Counted from the first letter of the stretch, positions 9,243-19,173 are shown. The stretch: 64,000 nt of DNA from Candidatus Latescibacterota bacterium (GCA_965208125.1 OZ242320.1:704001-768000); one strand, 5' to 3'. A program made the numbers and translations. The notes: generated by a model from the sequence alone, not told the origin.

Positions 9243-10118
9243 CTATAGTACAACTTCTTCTATGTCCATATGCTCGCGCAATCGCCCGAGCGCGCGGTCT
9301 TTGAGCTGGCGTACGCGCTCGCGGCTAATGTGAAAACGCTTGCCCACCTGCTCCAGCGATTCCGCGTTATCGACATCCAGGCCAAAATAACGATTGATAA
9401 TCTCAGCTTCGCGCTCGGGCAAATCGGCCAGACCCTTGTGCAAAAGATCGCGCAATCGGCTGGCATGCACATCCTCATCTGGTTGGGGTGCATCATCGGG
9501 AACAACATCGGCAAACCGACGGTCCCCATCTTCATATACTGGTCCGTCGAGCGAAACAGATGCGCGGCTCGTTTGCAGCGCCTTATGAACCCTCCGAGTT
9601 GAAAAATCAGTCTCTGAAGCCAACTCGTCAATCGTGGGAACGCGACCGTATTCTTGTGAAAGTGCGGCAGACACTTTATTGAGCACATCGCGATCATCTA
9701 TCTGATTGACCGGAAACGCGACCGGATGCGTCTGGCGATTAATAGCAGAGAGAATAGCCTGGCGAATCCACCACACCGCATAAGTGATAAATTTGTACCC
9801 GCGCTCTGGATCATAGGTTTGAGTAGCGCGTATAAGGCCCATATTGCCCTCGGCGATGAGATCGGAAAGGGGCAACCCACGCCCCGTGTATTCGCCAGCC
9901 ACGCGCACAACAAAGCGCAAATTGGCTTTAATGAGGTGATCCAGCGCCTTTTGATCGCCCTTGTGCGCGGCATTTATAGCCTTGACTTCGTCCTCTCGGG
10001 AAAGAGGGGTGTATTTGCGAATATCACGCAAATAAAGATCTGTAAGCTGGCCCTGAGCCTGCGAAGGAGAATCGCTTCCAGTTAAGGGCTCAACTGATTT
10101 TTTTAATTCTTTTTTCAT
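9243..10118 (-). CDS. Alternative sigma-70 factor (RpoD/RpoS-like, lacking region 1.1)
   Basis: YLRDI..TPL, ANLRFVV, DLIAEGNMGL, KFITYAVWWIRQ and SRERVRQ. ATG 10118 overlaps the MerR stop (ATGA). Confidence 0.92.
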   Translation of the reverse strand: MKKELKKSVEPLTGSDSPSQAQGQLTDLYLRDIRKYTPLSREDEVKAINAAHKGDQKALDHLIKANLRFVVRVAGEYTGRGLPLSDLIAEGNMGLIRATQTYDPERGYKFITYAVWWIRQAILSAINRQTHPVAFPVNQIDDRDVLNKVSAALSQEYGRVPTIDELASETDFSTRRVHKALQTSRASVSLDGPVYEDGDRRFADVVPDDAPQPDEDVHASRLRDLLHKGLADLPEREAEIINRYFGLDVDNAESLEQVGKRFHISRERVRQLKDRALGRLREHMDIEEVVL

Positions 10119-10621
10119 AGCTTTAATTCCAGTGTCTCGGCAGTTGATGTAGAGTGAAAAAATGGTACGGACTGACACGTCGGTTGGTTGAGCGTTTGAC
10201 ACGCTGGACAGAGACGCTCTTCAACTCTGAGATCACAGGGCAAACACGCGCAGATACTGGCTATGGTTTGGGTCAGCGTTTTGCGTATATGCTTGTAGTG
10301 TTCAATCTGTTCTTCAACTTCTTTAAGACGTTCATTGAGATCTTCGAGAATATCATGCGCAAGTTCACCTGCAGTTTTGTTTTGCTCTCGTTTGTCAATA
10401 ATGATCTTGATATGTTCGAGATCAAATTCCATCTCTTTGAGACTCAAAATCATGCGCAACCGCGTCAGTTGCTCGTGGGAATAACATCGAAAACCACCGC
10501 TACTTCGACATTCGGGATATATCAGACCCATCTCTTCGTAATAGCGCACTGTGCGGGTAGTCGTACCGGCTTCTTTTGCCAATTTCCCAATATGCATCAA
10601 ACCATCATCGCATTTTGACAC
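10115..10621 (-). CDS. MerR-family regulator with Cys-rich C-terminus
   Basis: HTH IGKLAK..TTRTVRYYEEMGL..R..GGFRCY; C-terminal CACLPC...CPAC...C. Confidence 0.9.
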   Translation of the reverse strand: MSKCDDGLMHIGKLAKEAGTTTRTVRYYEEMGLIYPECRSSGGFRCYSHEQLTRLRMILSLKEMEFDLEHIKIIIDKREQNKTAGELAHDILEDLNERLKEVEEQIEHYKHIRKTLTQTIASICACLPCDLRVEERLCPACQTLNQPTCQSVPFFHSTSTAETLELKL

Positions 10622-10655
10622 AACAAATCACCTCGTTTTTATGGGTAAATAGACA

Positions 10656-10744
10656 AACTTTGACGTAACGTTAAAGTTGGGCGTAAAAATATACCCCAAC
10701 ACAACATCAATGTCAACGAAAAACTTTGACGTAACGTTAAGGTT
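10656..10744. promoter_or_regulatory. Two copies of a 23-bp palindromic operator upstream of merR
   Basis: aactttgacgtaacgttaaagtt (10656-10678) and aactttgacgtaacgttaaggtt (10722-10744), 66 bp apart. Confidence 0.8.
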
Positions 10745-10759
10745 TGGCAATCAACGATC

Positions 10760-11935
10760 TCAATGGTGGAACAAACGCACCCCGGTCATAACCAGAAGCA
10801 TACCGTATTCATCACAGGCTGCGATAACATCGTCGTCGCGCACTGAACCTCCGGTTTCAACCACGTATTTGACGCCCGTACGAGCGGCGCGATCAATATT
10901 ATCTCGAAAGGGAATAAACGCATCGGAACTGAGCACAATATCGTCCATCTGTCCAATCCAATCTCGCCTCGCGTCCTCGCTTAAAATCAGAGGCACTGTC
11001 TCGAAACAACCTTCCCAAACCCGACGTTCCTCATCGGTCATATTGCCGCGCAAATAAGCTTCAATAGCATTGATCTTTTCAGGGCGCTTCAGACCTCTTC
11101 TAAATTTGAAATTGAGAATATCTGGATGCTGGCGCAAATACCACGCTTCGGCTTTACCCGCGGCAATCTCCGTACACGCCAGACGATTTTGCTGCCCAGC
11201 ACCATTGCCGATAACCTGTCCATCAAAGGCAAAACACATCGAATTGGATTGCGTGTACTTCAGAACAATAGTCGCCAGGAGCATATCGCGCTGTGCCTCG
11301 GCAGAAACCTCTTTATTCTCTGTTACAATATTCATTAAAATATCTGTATTAATGGCTTTGGTATTGCGCGTCTGTTCCAGAACAACGCCGAAAACATCGC
11401 GAGTCTCCGGACCAGCAGGTGCGTATGATTCATCCATCTGGAGAATGGGATAACTACCACCTTTTTTCCTTTTTAGAATATCGAACGCCTCCGGTTGATA
11501 CCCCGGAGCAATAATGCCATCGGACACTTCGCGGCTGAGCAAACGCGCAGTCGATTGATCCACCTCATCGCTCAAAGCTACCCAATCGCCAAAAGAAGAA
11601 AGCCTATCCGCACCCCGAGCGCGGGCATAAGCCGTAGCCAGAGGCGAAAGATTGAGATCATCGACAAAATACGCCCTTTGCAGCGCGTCGGAAATGGGAA
11701 CAGCAACAGCTGCACCAGCAGGGCTTAAGTGTTTAAAAGATGCCGCCGCCGGCAGATTGAGCACCTCTTTGAGCGCACGCACGAGTTGCCATGAATTGAG
11801 CGCATCGAGCAGGTTGATATAACCCGGCGCGCCATTGAGCACCGTGAAGGGCAGTTTGCCGCTGGGAGAATACGCACGCGCATCAGATTGATGCGGGTTG
11901 CAACCATAGCGCAGAGACAGTCCATCTTGAGACAT
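10760..11935 (-). CDS. purH: AICAR transformylase (PurH C-terminal-type, no MGS/IMPCH domain)
   Basis: LRYGCNPHQ, YINLLDA, SFKH.SPAG, KYTQSNS, SDAFIPFRD and RLFHH. Confidence 0.93.
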   Translation of the reverse strand: MSQDGLSLRYGCNPHQSDARAYSPSGKLPFTVLNGAPGYINLLDALNSWQLVRALKEVLNLPAAASFKHLSPAGAAVAVPISDALQRAYFVDDLNLSPLATAYARARGADRLSSFGDWVALSDEVDQSTARLLSREVSDGIIAPGYQPEAFDILKRKKGGSYPILQMDESYAPAGPETRDVFGVVLEQTRNTKAINTDILMNIVTENKEVSAEAQRDMLLATIVLKYTQSNSMCFAFDGQVIGNGAGQQNRLACTEIAAGKAEAWYLRQHPDILNFKFRRGLKRPEKINAIEAYLRGNMTDEERRVWEGCFETVPLILSEDARRDWIGQMDDIVLSSDAFIPFRDNIDRAARTGVKYVVETGGSVRDDDVIAACDEYGMLLVMTGVRLFHH

Positions 11936-11958
11936 AAGACAATCCTTTTGGAAAAACT

Positions 11959-11991
11959 AAAAAAAGCCCAATCCTCTAACGGATTGAGCCC
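11959..11991 (-). terminator. Intrinsic terminator, expression platform of the ZTP riboswitch
   Basis: Minus strand reads gctcaatcc-gttaga-ggattgggc followed by a U7 run; it overlaps the aptamer 3' end. Confidence 0.8.
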
Positions 11992-12068
11992 AGGCGATCG
12001 ACCCCTTGAATTTTAGCTCTAACGCTCCCCTCCGGTTATTTCCGGATATTCGCCAGTTGCGTCAGATA
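11988..12068 (-). ncRNA. ZMP/ZTP (pfl) riboswitch
   Basis: Minus strand: gacgcaACTGGCGAA..ccgg..ccggaGGGGAGcgtt...gGTCGatCGCCTGGGC. Matches the pfl consensus and lies directly upstream of purH. Confidence 0.9.
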
Positions 12069-12117
12069 CTATTGGTAAAATCAATATAACGGGGAGCTGC
12101 ATATATGTCAACAGCCA

Positions 12118-13329
12118 TCAACTCGGCCCTCTGTCAACACCCGATACAATTTCCGTAGCACCTGTTTCCGTAGTCACAAAACAGAGCAATTGCTCGGGAT
12201 TAGCCAGGTCGAAAACAACGGGCGAATGCGTAGTGGACAAAATTTGGGCACGCGCTCTATCCTCGTGCTGTGCTACAGCACTGAATGCTTTGAAAACCGC
12301 TTCTACGGCGCCAGAATGGAGACCGTTTTCCGGGACTTCGAGCAAACATATCCCATCGCCATCGGGCGAATAAGCCAGCAATGTTAGAGCCAGCAATCGC
12401 AGGGTCCCATCGGACAACATCCACGACGGTGTTTCGAGATCATTGTGGTGCTTGACCACCAGATAGCAGTGTTGATCTTCGGGACGCACAACTGTGGAAA
12501 CAGCCGATAAACCCGGCAAAACAGTGCACAAAAGCTCCAGCCAGGCCGCATGCTTGCTCGGCTCATTCTCTTTCAGTGCAGCAACCACCCAGGGCAGATT
12601 GGCGCCATTGGACAACAGAGTTTGCGGTTGCCCCGGCGGACTGGGGCGGCGAATGCATTCTCCATTGAGATCGAATTTGCGAATACTGTTTGAAAGCGTG
12701 TGTTTGAGCCATGTAGCGACGGGAAAACGCGCTTCATCCTCGGGCAAATTGCCCAGTGCCGAACGCTTCGCACCGAGCTTGAAAGAAGGATCCCACCCCG
12801 CACCGAATTCATCGTAAAATTTATCATTGCCACCGGGCACTTTATTGACAATGGTCTTGACGCCGCGCAGCCTGGGCGTCGCCAGAGTTTGCGGTATGGG
12901 ACTCTCTACGGCAAAAAGCGATTCTTGAACAGCGCGATCATCTCGCTGAATATCTGTGAGCAAAAGCACCCGCTCGGACAGAATCCCGACTTCACCATTT
13001 TCTTCGGTCACGCCAATGGCGACTTCGTATCGACATCGCGAAAAATCACGATCTGAAAACAGATTGGATTCAGGCGCAGGCACGGACAATTCAACAGCGA
13101 TTTCAAACCGATCTGCAAAACCGTGCCAGGTCAGATCGCGCAAATCATTCGCCCGGTTGTAAATAGCAGTATTGAGACCATCGCGCACAAAATCCCCGAG
13201 AAACGCAATCGCGTCGAGAAAGGTCGTCTTACCGCTGCCATTGGCACCAACCAGCATGTGAAAAGGCGCGAGATCCTGTTCGATATGACGCAAACACTGA
13301 TAATAAAGGGTTTCAAGACGCTGGATCAT
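12118..13329 (-). CDS. AAA_21/ABC-like predicted ATPase
   Basis: Walker A GANGSGKT, signature LSDGTLR, Walker B-like LLEVPENGLH, H-loop TTHSP. Confidence 0.82.
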   Translation of the reverse strand: MIQRLETLYYQCLRHIEQDLAPFHMLVGANGSGKTTFLDAIAFLGDFVRDGLNTAIYNRANDLRDLTWHGFADRFEIAVELSVPAPESNLFSDRDFSRCRYEVAIGVTEENGEVGILSERVLLLTDIQRDDRAVQESLFAVESPIPQTLATPRLRGVKTIVNKVPGGNDKFYDEFGAGWDPSFKLGAKRSALGNLPEDEARFPVATWLKHTLSNSIRKFDLNGECIRRPSPPGQPQTLLSNGANLPWVVAALKENEPSKHAAWLELLCTVLPGLSAVSTVVRPEDQHCYLVVKHHNDLETPSWMLSDGTLRLLALTLLAYSPDGDGICLLEVPENGLHSGAVEAVFKAFSAVAQHEDRARAQILSTTHSPVVFDLANPEQLLCFVTTETGATEIVSGVDRGPS

Positions 13330-13391
13330 GTGGAACTCCTATATTAAGTTAGAAGCATATTACATGACAGAAAGAGAGGCGTCAAGAGCAA

Positions 13392-14126
13392 ATGCAATCC
13401 AAAAAAACAGTCTTGATCACCGGCGCAACAGACGGAATTGGCCGGGCACTTGCAAAAATCTATCGGAAACGCGGATATCGGTTAGTACTGGTGGGCAGAC
13501 GCACACTGGACACACTCAATGATCCGTTGTACACCAAAGCCACATATTGTCGTACAGACCTATCGCAGAACGATTGTACAAATCGGGTATGCGAATTTCT
13601 GAACGCGCAAAAAATTGACGCCATAGACCTGGCGATTCAAAATGCTGGCACCGGATATTTTGGATCCATCGCAGAACAAAGCGCGGAAAGCATTCGAGAA
13701 ATCACAGCAGTCAACCTGATGGCCCCCTTGCGCTTGACACACGCCCTGATGCCATACCTGAAAAAAACCAATGGAAAACTCGTACTCATCGGCTCAATCG
13801 CACATGCCTTCCCCTGTCCCGATTACGCCGTGTACGCAGCGAGCAAAGAAGCCCTCAACACCCTGGGACGCAATTTGCAAATCGAGAGCGACATAAATGT
13901 ACAGATCATTCACCCGGGTGCGACACGGACGGGCTTGCATCGAAAAATTGGCATGGACAACGAAAAGACAAAGGGATTTCCGTCCGCAGAAAAGATCGCC
14001 CGAAAAATCACACAGGCGATAGATAGACGGCGTTTTGTCGCGACAATTGGATGGGGAAATGCATGGGCGCGATTTTTGGGACGCTATTGCGAAGGCATCA
14101 TCAACGCCATGGTGCGAGCGACGTGA
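13392..14126 (+). CDS. SDR-family oxidoreductase
   Basis: ITGATDGIG, NAG, YAASK and HPG.T.T. Confidence 0.9.
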   Translation: MQSKKTVLITGATDGIGRALAKIYRKRGYRLVLVGRRTLDTLNDPLYTKATYCRTDLSQNDCTNRVCEFLNAQKIDAIDLAIQNAGTGYFGSIAEQSAESIREITAVNLMAPLRLTHALMPYLKKTNGKLVLIGSIAHAFPCPDYAVYAASKEALNTLGRNLQIESDINVQIIHPGATRTGLHRKIGMDNEKTKGFPSAEKIARKITQAIDRRRFVATIGWGNAWARFLGRYCEGIINAMVRAT

Positions 14127-14869
14127 AACACGCGGTCATTACAGGCGCGGCGCATGGAATCGGCAAAGCACTTGCCCATCGCTTTGCACAGGCGGGATAT
14201 ACCATAACGGGCGTGGATATAGATGCCGCGGGCGCAGTGAAAGTCCAACGAGAATTGGATGCGCGATTTGTCATTGCAGACCTGCGTTCTGAAGCAGGCA
14301 CCGCACGAGTACTCCCCGAATTACTCCAGAAAAAACCAATTGACGTATTGATCCACAACGCGGGCATCAACGCCGTGGGGCGATTTTCCGACATAAGCAT
14401 AGAAAATCACGAACACGTAATCGCCGTAAACTTCTACGCACCGATGCGACTCACAGCGTCATTGCTAAAAGCCGACCTGATAGCAAAAGGCGCGTCCATA
14501 GTCTTCATCTCCTCCCTTTCCCACTACACCAGCTATCCGGGTGCTGCAACTTATGCGGCAACCAAAAGCGGATTGGCCTCCTACGCACGAAGTTTATCCA
14601 TCGCTCTCGCGCCGCAGAATATTCACGTCATGACAGTCTTTCCCGGTCCAACGCGCACAGCCCATGCGCAGCGACACAGCCCGCACAACACACGCGAAGA
14701 AAAACGCATGCCACCCGAAAAATTGGCGCACCACATCTTTCGAGGAATAAAAAAGAAAAAGCACCTGATCGTACCAGGTGCTACCAATCGCATGCTCGCC
14801 CTCCTGGGCAAATGGTGCCCGCCCCTGATGGCGTATGCGATGCGTAAGGCGATTTTAGAAAAATTGTGA
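14123..14869 (+). CDS. SDR-family oxidoreductase
   Basis: ITGAAHGIG, HNAG and YAATK. GTG start overlaps the upstream TGA. Confidence 0.9.
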   Translation: MKHAVITGAAHGIGKALAHRFAQAGYTITGVDIDAAGAVKVQRELDARFVIADLRSEAGTARVLPELLQKKPIDVLIHNAGINAVGRFSDISIENHEHVIAVNFYAPMRLTASLLKADLIAKGASIVFISSLSHYTSYPGAATYAATKSGLASYARSLSIALAPQNIHVMTVFPGPTRTAHAQRHSPHNTREEKRMPPEKLAHHIFRGIKKKKHLIVPGATNRMLALLGKWCPPLMAYAMRKAILEKL

Positions 14870-14871
14870 TC

Positions 14872-16002
14872 TTATGCCTCCGAATCCATAAACTCCCGCA
14901 CGTATTCGCCTTTGGGCGTCAACACAGTGGTGACATCAATCACATTGGGTACTTGATCCATAATATTCTCACGGACCTGTTTAACGATATCATGCCCTTC
15001 TGATATCGTGATATCCGGCTCGACTTCCGCTGTTAATTCAACATACAGAGCACTCCCCATGGTCCGTATGCGGATATTGTGGGTAAATGTAATGGCTTCT
15101 ACCTTCTCCGCCATCTCTTCAATCAGGGCAATCACCTTTAACGAAGGCGCGAAATCAATCAACTCTTTAACCGCGGAACTCCCAACCTCCCAGGCACTGT
15201 GCAGGATCAGGCTCGCAATCACGATAGTAGTAATCTGATTGATCAAACTGAAGGTAGGAAAATAAGATGAGACAAAAATGCTCAGAAGAACGGCAAACGC
15301 ACTGGCAGAATCGGCTCGATGATGCCATGCTTTCGCAATCAGCATGGGGCTGTTCAGACCTATGCCCTTTCGCCGAGTAATGCGAAAAAGTATTTCCTTG
15401 GCAATTATTGAAATAATGATGACCACACTGACGAGGAACAAATGACTTGAGAAATCTGCATCATGGCCTACGGAATGCTCGTGACCATGAGCCTCTTTTG
15501 TAGCAGGTGTTTCCACGGGATGCTCATGACTGTGCGCCTCTATTGTATCAGGCGTTGTGGGATGCTCGTGACCGTGGGCCTCCTTTGCATCAGGTACTTC
15601 TGCTTTTTCCACAATATTTACGGAAATCCCATGCCCATGGCCATGCCCATGACCGTGATAGCCAAAAGTACTCAGGATCAGTTCTATACTCACAAACGCG
15701 AGGAGAAAAGCTGCAAAAAGCGACAGGAGAGTTTCGATCCGACGGCGGCCGTAATGGAATCTCAAATCCTCACGCTTTTTCTCAGACTGCGATCCCATCA
15801 GCACAGCGACCCAGGCGACGACATCGGATACAATATCCGATAGCGAGTGGACCCCTGCAGCAATCAATGGAAGGTATCCGGTAAAATTGCCAAGACCAAT
15901 TTTTACGACACCCAGTATGCCGTTCGTGATCCCACTTGCAGTGATAAGGGTTGTCGCTTCCTTAAGTCTGATTTTTTCACTGTGATCTACATGTGCGTGC
16001 AT
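14872..16002 (-). CDS. Cation diffusion facilitator with long His-rich insertion
   Basis: HSLSD (TM2), YG..RIE, HHRAD (TM5), C-terminal dimerisation domain; HGHGHG and EAHGHEH repeats. Confidence 0.88.
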   Translation of the reverse strand: MHAHVDHSEKIRLKEATTLITASGITNGILGVVKIGLGNFTGYLPLIAAGVHSLSDIVSDVVAWVAVLMGSQSEKKREDLRFHYGRRRIETLLSLFAAFLLAFVSIELILSTFGYHGHGHGHGHGISVNIVEKAEVPDAKEAHGHEHPTTPDTIEAHSHEHPVETPATKEAHGHEHSVGHDADFSSHLFLVSVVIIISIIAKEILFRITRRKGIGLNSPMLIAKAWHHRADSASAFAVLLSIFVSSYFPTFSLINQITTIVIASLILHSAWEVGSSAVKELIDFAPSLKVIALIEEMAEKVEAITFTHNIRIRTMGSALYVELTAEVEPDITISEGHDIVKQVRENIMDQVPNVIDVTTVLTPKGEYVREFMDSEA

Positions 16003-16046
16003 AACACTTTCTCGAATTAACAGTTATAGATTTTTTCACCCTACCT

Positions 16047-16760
16047 CTATTCACTCTTTTTTCCCACAAAAAAAGGACCTAGCGATTCGACATAAAGCGC
16101 GGTTTGCTGGGTTTTTCTCATATCCTGCACAACGCGAGAAAGCGGATAGAGTTCTGCACCGATCAGGCCAATCACAAAATCGTTGTCATCGGCATCCAAA
16201 CCGTAACTCGCCAAGCGAATATCGTGCGCGTAATCTTCGCGTCCATAAGCGCGTCCGATAGAAGCGTGCTCCATCAAAATTTTGCGCTGTTCCCTGTGAT
16301 CGAGACGAGCAAAAGCCCCATTGCGACGCAGCGGGTACCAGATCGCCCAGGGCCATTCGGAATTGAGCACATTATCGCGTGGTCGGTCAATAAGGGCGTA
16401 TTCGAGATCTGGCTCGTAACCCGTGGCATACGTTCGCCCGAGCATGGTCAGTTCAGGGCGACGTGTACAGGCAGAGAATGGATCGCTACTGAGCAGCGCG
16501 CGAATATCTGTCACAAACAAATCCGGCGATTCCGTCAAAAAAACAATGCCAATGCCATAGGGATCTTGCACATCGAGATAGAGCGCGGCATCGAGACCGC
16601 TTTGATCGAGCACCTCAGATACAGCATCGACATCCCTGACATCAGTAAAAACCTGCAACTGCATGTAAAGCCGCCGATCACTCGTTTGCGGTTTCCCATC
16701 AACAGGCGCGCCGTGTTCGAGAATATCGAGTTTTTCTTTCGATTCAGTGGGATGATGCAC
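16047..16760 (-). CDS. Chlorite dismutase / coproheme decarboxylase (HemQ/ChdC) family protein
   Basis: WYPLRR, ILMEH..IGR, YGLD..DNDFVIGL, MRKT and GPFFVG. Confidence 0.82.
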   Translation of the reverse strand: MHHPTESKEKLDILEHGAPVDGKPQTSDRRLYMQLQVFTDVRDVDAVSEVLDQSGLDAALYLDVQDPYGIGIVFLTESPDLFVTDIRALLSSDPFSACTRRPELTMLGRTYATGYEPDLEYALIDRPRDNVLNSEWPWAIWYPLRRNGAFARLDHREQRKILMEHASIGRAYGREDYAHDIRLASYGLDADDNDFVIGLIGAELYPLSRVVQDMRKTQQTALYVESLGPFFVGKKSE

Positions 16761-16818
16761 GTCTTCAGGCCTCCAGTTATGTGTTCTACTGCAAAACTCT
16801 TTTCATCTTCAACGCGAA

Positions 16819-16847
16819 AAGATATGACTTGACCCTAAAAAGAGCAA
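16819..16847 (-). promoter_or_regulatory. Putative sigma-70 promoter for hemQ-CDF
   Basis: TTGCTC-17 nt-TATCTT on the minus strand; duplicated at 20158-20186. Confidence 0.55.
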
Positions 16848-16878
16848 GTCCCAGATCAGGCTACTGATCTGAGACTTG
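16837..16878 (-). terminator. Intrinsic terminator after TonB receptor copy 1
   Basis: Stem caagtc(t)cagatcag/ctgatctg(g)gacttg followed by ctcttttt on the minus strand. Confidence 0.7.
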
Positions 16879-16903
16879 GAGTTAGGATAACAGACCAATA
16901 AAA

Positions 16904-19105
16904 TTAAAAAAACGACAACTTGTAATGCGCTTTAACACTCCGCCCTGTCTCGGGCATCACGGATCGAATGCGCGAGAGATGATTGCGGTATTCCGTATCC
17001 AAAAGGTTGTCCAAAGAGAGAATAATACTATGGCGGGTATGGTCGGTGTTAATGTCGCGCTGGGCATAGACACTGAAAACAGCATAGCCATCCGTAGGAT
17101 CTTCGAATATATCCACGCGCTCCTGTCCTGCGACAAATTCCGCAGTCCCACCAACCGTAAGATAAGGATGCTGATATGTCGCACTGCCCACAAACTTGAG
17201 CGGTGGCATCTCGGGCAAGGGCAACTGCTCATCCCGGTTCTCTCCACGCACATAACTGCCGTTCAATTCCAGATCCAAACGCGTATTCAAACGCCACCCC
17301 AGATGCATCTCCAGACCCAAAAATCGCGCGGCAACACCATCGGCAGCGTAAATCGGCAGCAGTTGGGCAAAATTGATCTCTCCGGTATTGCGCGGGGCAA
17401 TATAGGTATCAAACTCGTTCCAATATCCGCTCAAAACAAAATCGACACCCGGTTGCAAATAATGAAAAAAGACCTCGAAGCCCAGACTCGTCTCTGCTTC
17501 CAGATCAACATTACCCACCTCAAAAGTGTACGCAGCCAGATGCGGTCCATCGTTGTAAAGCTCTTCAATCGTGGGCACGCGCTGAGACCGGCTGAAATTG
17601 AAACCTCCAGTCAGCCGATCAGTAATGTTCACAAGCGGACTAATTGCTGCGGACCAGGCATGAAAGGTGCGATCTACACCGAGATCTGCAATGCTCTTTG
17701 TTCTTGGACGCGGATCAAAGTCGGCATACGTATAACGCGCAGAAGCCTGAAATTCGATGTGTCGATAGCTAAACTCGTGATAAAAACTAAGGTAAGCGTT
17801 TTGCTCTCGCGTGGGCGGCGTAAAAACAAACGCCCCCAATTTGAGATGGTGGTGGCCAAAGCCCAGGGACAGAACGGTATTTCGCGTCTGACCCTGTGTG
17901 TTCATAAGCAATTTGAGATCACCGCGGTAGTCGTGGAACAAAAACTCGGACCCAATATTACCGCTGGATTCGTACTCGAAGTGGTGATAGTAAGTCCTGG
18001 TAAAATCCACCTCTACACTACTGAACACCTGACGATCAAAATGGTATGCCGCCTTGCCATCAAATACCCGACGCTCAATATCCAGATCCACGCCATTGGG
18101 ATGCCCGCCAATAAATCCGCCGGGAATGCCGTATTGGGTCAAAAACTGATCAAAAGAAGCCCCGATATATCCCCGGTCAGTCGGATATGACAGACCGAGC
18201 GTATGCGTACGCGTTTCAATCGGTGTATTGGCGAGCCTGCCAATAGGCGTTTGCACATCCCGGGTATTGCGGTACGTAGTCTCGGCATACAGCGCAAGCG
18301 GACCCACGGGCACTGTAATCCCAGCGGCAGAGAGATACCCTCGATTGACCGTCTCGCCATAAGCACCAACACTGCCAGAAACGCGCTGCGGATGGTCTTC
18401 CGGAATCTTCTGTTTCACGACATTGATAACCCCACCAATAGCCGATGCCGTGTGAAGCAGGATGCGCGGTCCCCGAATAATTTCGAGGCGTTCTGAATTA
18501 AAAGGCTCAAGCGTAACCGCGTGATCAGCAGAAGTAGCGGATAAATCGCGGGTCTCCATACCATCTATATTGATCTGCACGCGATCGCCACTGAGACCGC
18601 GTATAACTGGTCGAGCAGGTGCAGGTCCCATGCTGCGGATGGCGACGCCGATTTCGTTTTTCATCGTCTCTGCAAGCGTGAGGCTGTACCTCTTCTGAAG
18701 TTCATCTCCAGAAAGCACGCCAGTCGCTTCGTACAATTCTTCAAAGCGCGTCTCCGCATTTTTTTCTACCACCTCAATGGTATCCGTAACAATTTCCCGG
18801 GCGACCATTTCGATGTACAGAACGGGCAATTTCTCATCCGAAACCCTTATTTCCCGACTCACCAATCCATACCCGACACGAAAAAAAGACAGGCGATGAA
18901 CGCCCTCCGGCAGATGAAAGATAAAACGGCCCCGATCATCGGTTGTCGTGCCCTCTGCGCCATCATTGACTTTGATATCAACATCGCCGATTGCACGTTG
19001 GGTTTTGCGATCAAAAACATATCCCTCGAGCAATCGCGTCTCTTGAGATGCGCCGATCGCAAAAAAAAAGAACACAACAACCAAAAAAGAAGTCGTGAAT
19101 CTCAA
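16904..19105 (-). CDS. TonB-dependent receptor (ZnuD-like), copy 1
   Basis: Carboxypeptidase-regulatory-like N-domain, plug with RPVIRGL..DR, DHAV and IIRGP, C-terminal Phe. Probable TTG start at 19105. Confidence 0.9.
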   Translation of the reverse strand: MRFTTSFLVVVFFFFAIGASQETRLLEGYVFDRKTQRAIGDVDIKVNDGAEGTTTDDRGRFIFHLPEGVHRLSFFRVGYGLVSREIRVSDEKLPVLYIEMVAREIVTDTIEVVEKNAETRFEELYEATGVLSGDELQKRYSLTLAETMKNEIGVAIRSMGPAPARPVIRGLSGDRVQINIDGMETRDLSATSADHAVTLEPFNSERLEIIRGPRILLHTASAIGGVINVVKQKIPEDHPQRVSGSVGAYGETVNRGYLSAAGITVPVGPLALYAETTYRNTRDVQTPIGRLANTPIETRTHTLGLSYPTDRGYIGASFDQFLTQYGIPGGFIGGHPNGVDLDIERRVFDGKAAYHFDRQVFSSVEVDFTRTYYHHFEYESSGNIGSEFLFHDYRGDLKLLMNTQGQTRNTVLSLGFGHHHLKLGAFVFTPPTREQNAYLSFYHEFSYRHIEFQASARYTYADFDPRPRTKSIADLGVDRTFHAWSAAISPLVNITDRLTGGFNFSRSQRVPTIEELYNDGPHLAAYTFEVGNVDLEAETSLGFEVFFHYLQPGVDFVLSGYWNEFDTYIAPRNTGEINFAQLLPIYAADGVAARFLGLEMHLGWRLNTRLDLELNGSYVRGENRDEQLPLPEMPPLKFVGSATYQHPYLTVGGTAEFVAGQERVDIFEDPTDGYAVFSVYAQRDINTDHTRHSIILSLDNLLDTEYRNHLSRIRSVMPETGRSVKAHYKLSFF

Positions 19106-19173
19106 AACGAATCTCCAACAGAGAAAAAGCCCCCACCCTGTGTCTGAAAGACCGGATGAGGGCAAAGCAGTTA

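Noticed and set aside
16925-18190. 421-aa plus-strand ORF and similar long antisense ORFs (e.g. 26893-27909, 29750-30742, 43987-44919, 56984-57883)
   Set aside because: They are antisense shadows of well-supported genes and carry no family motifs.
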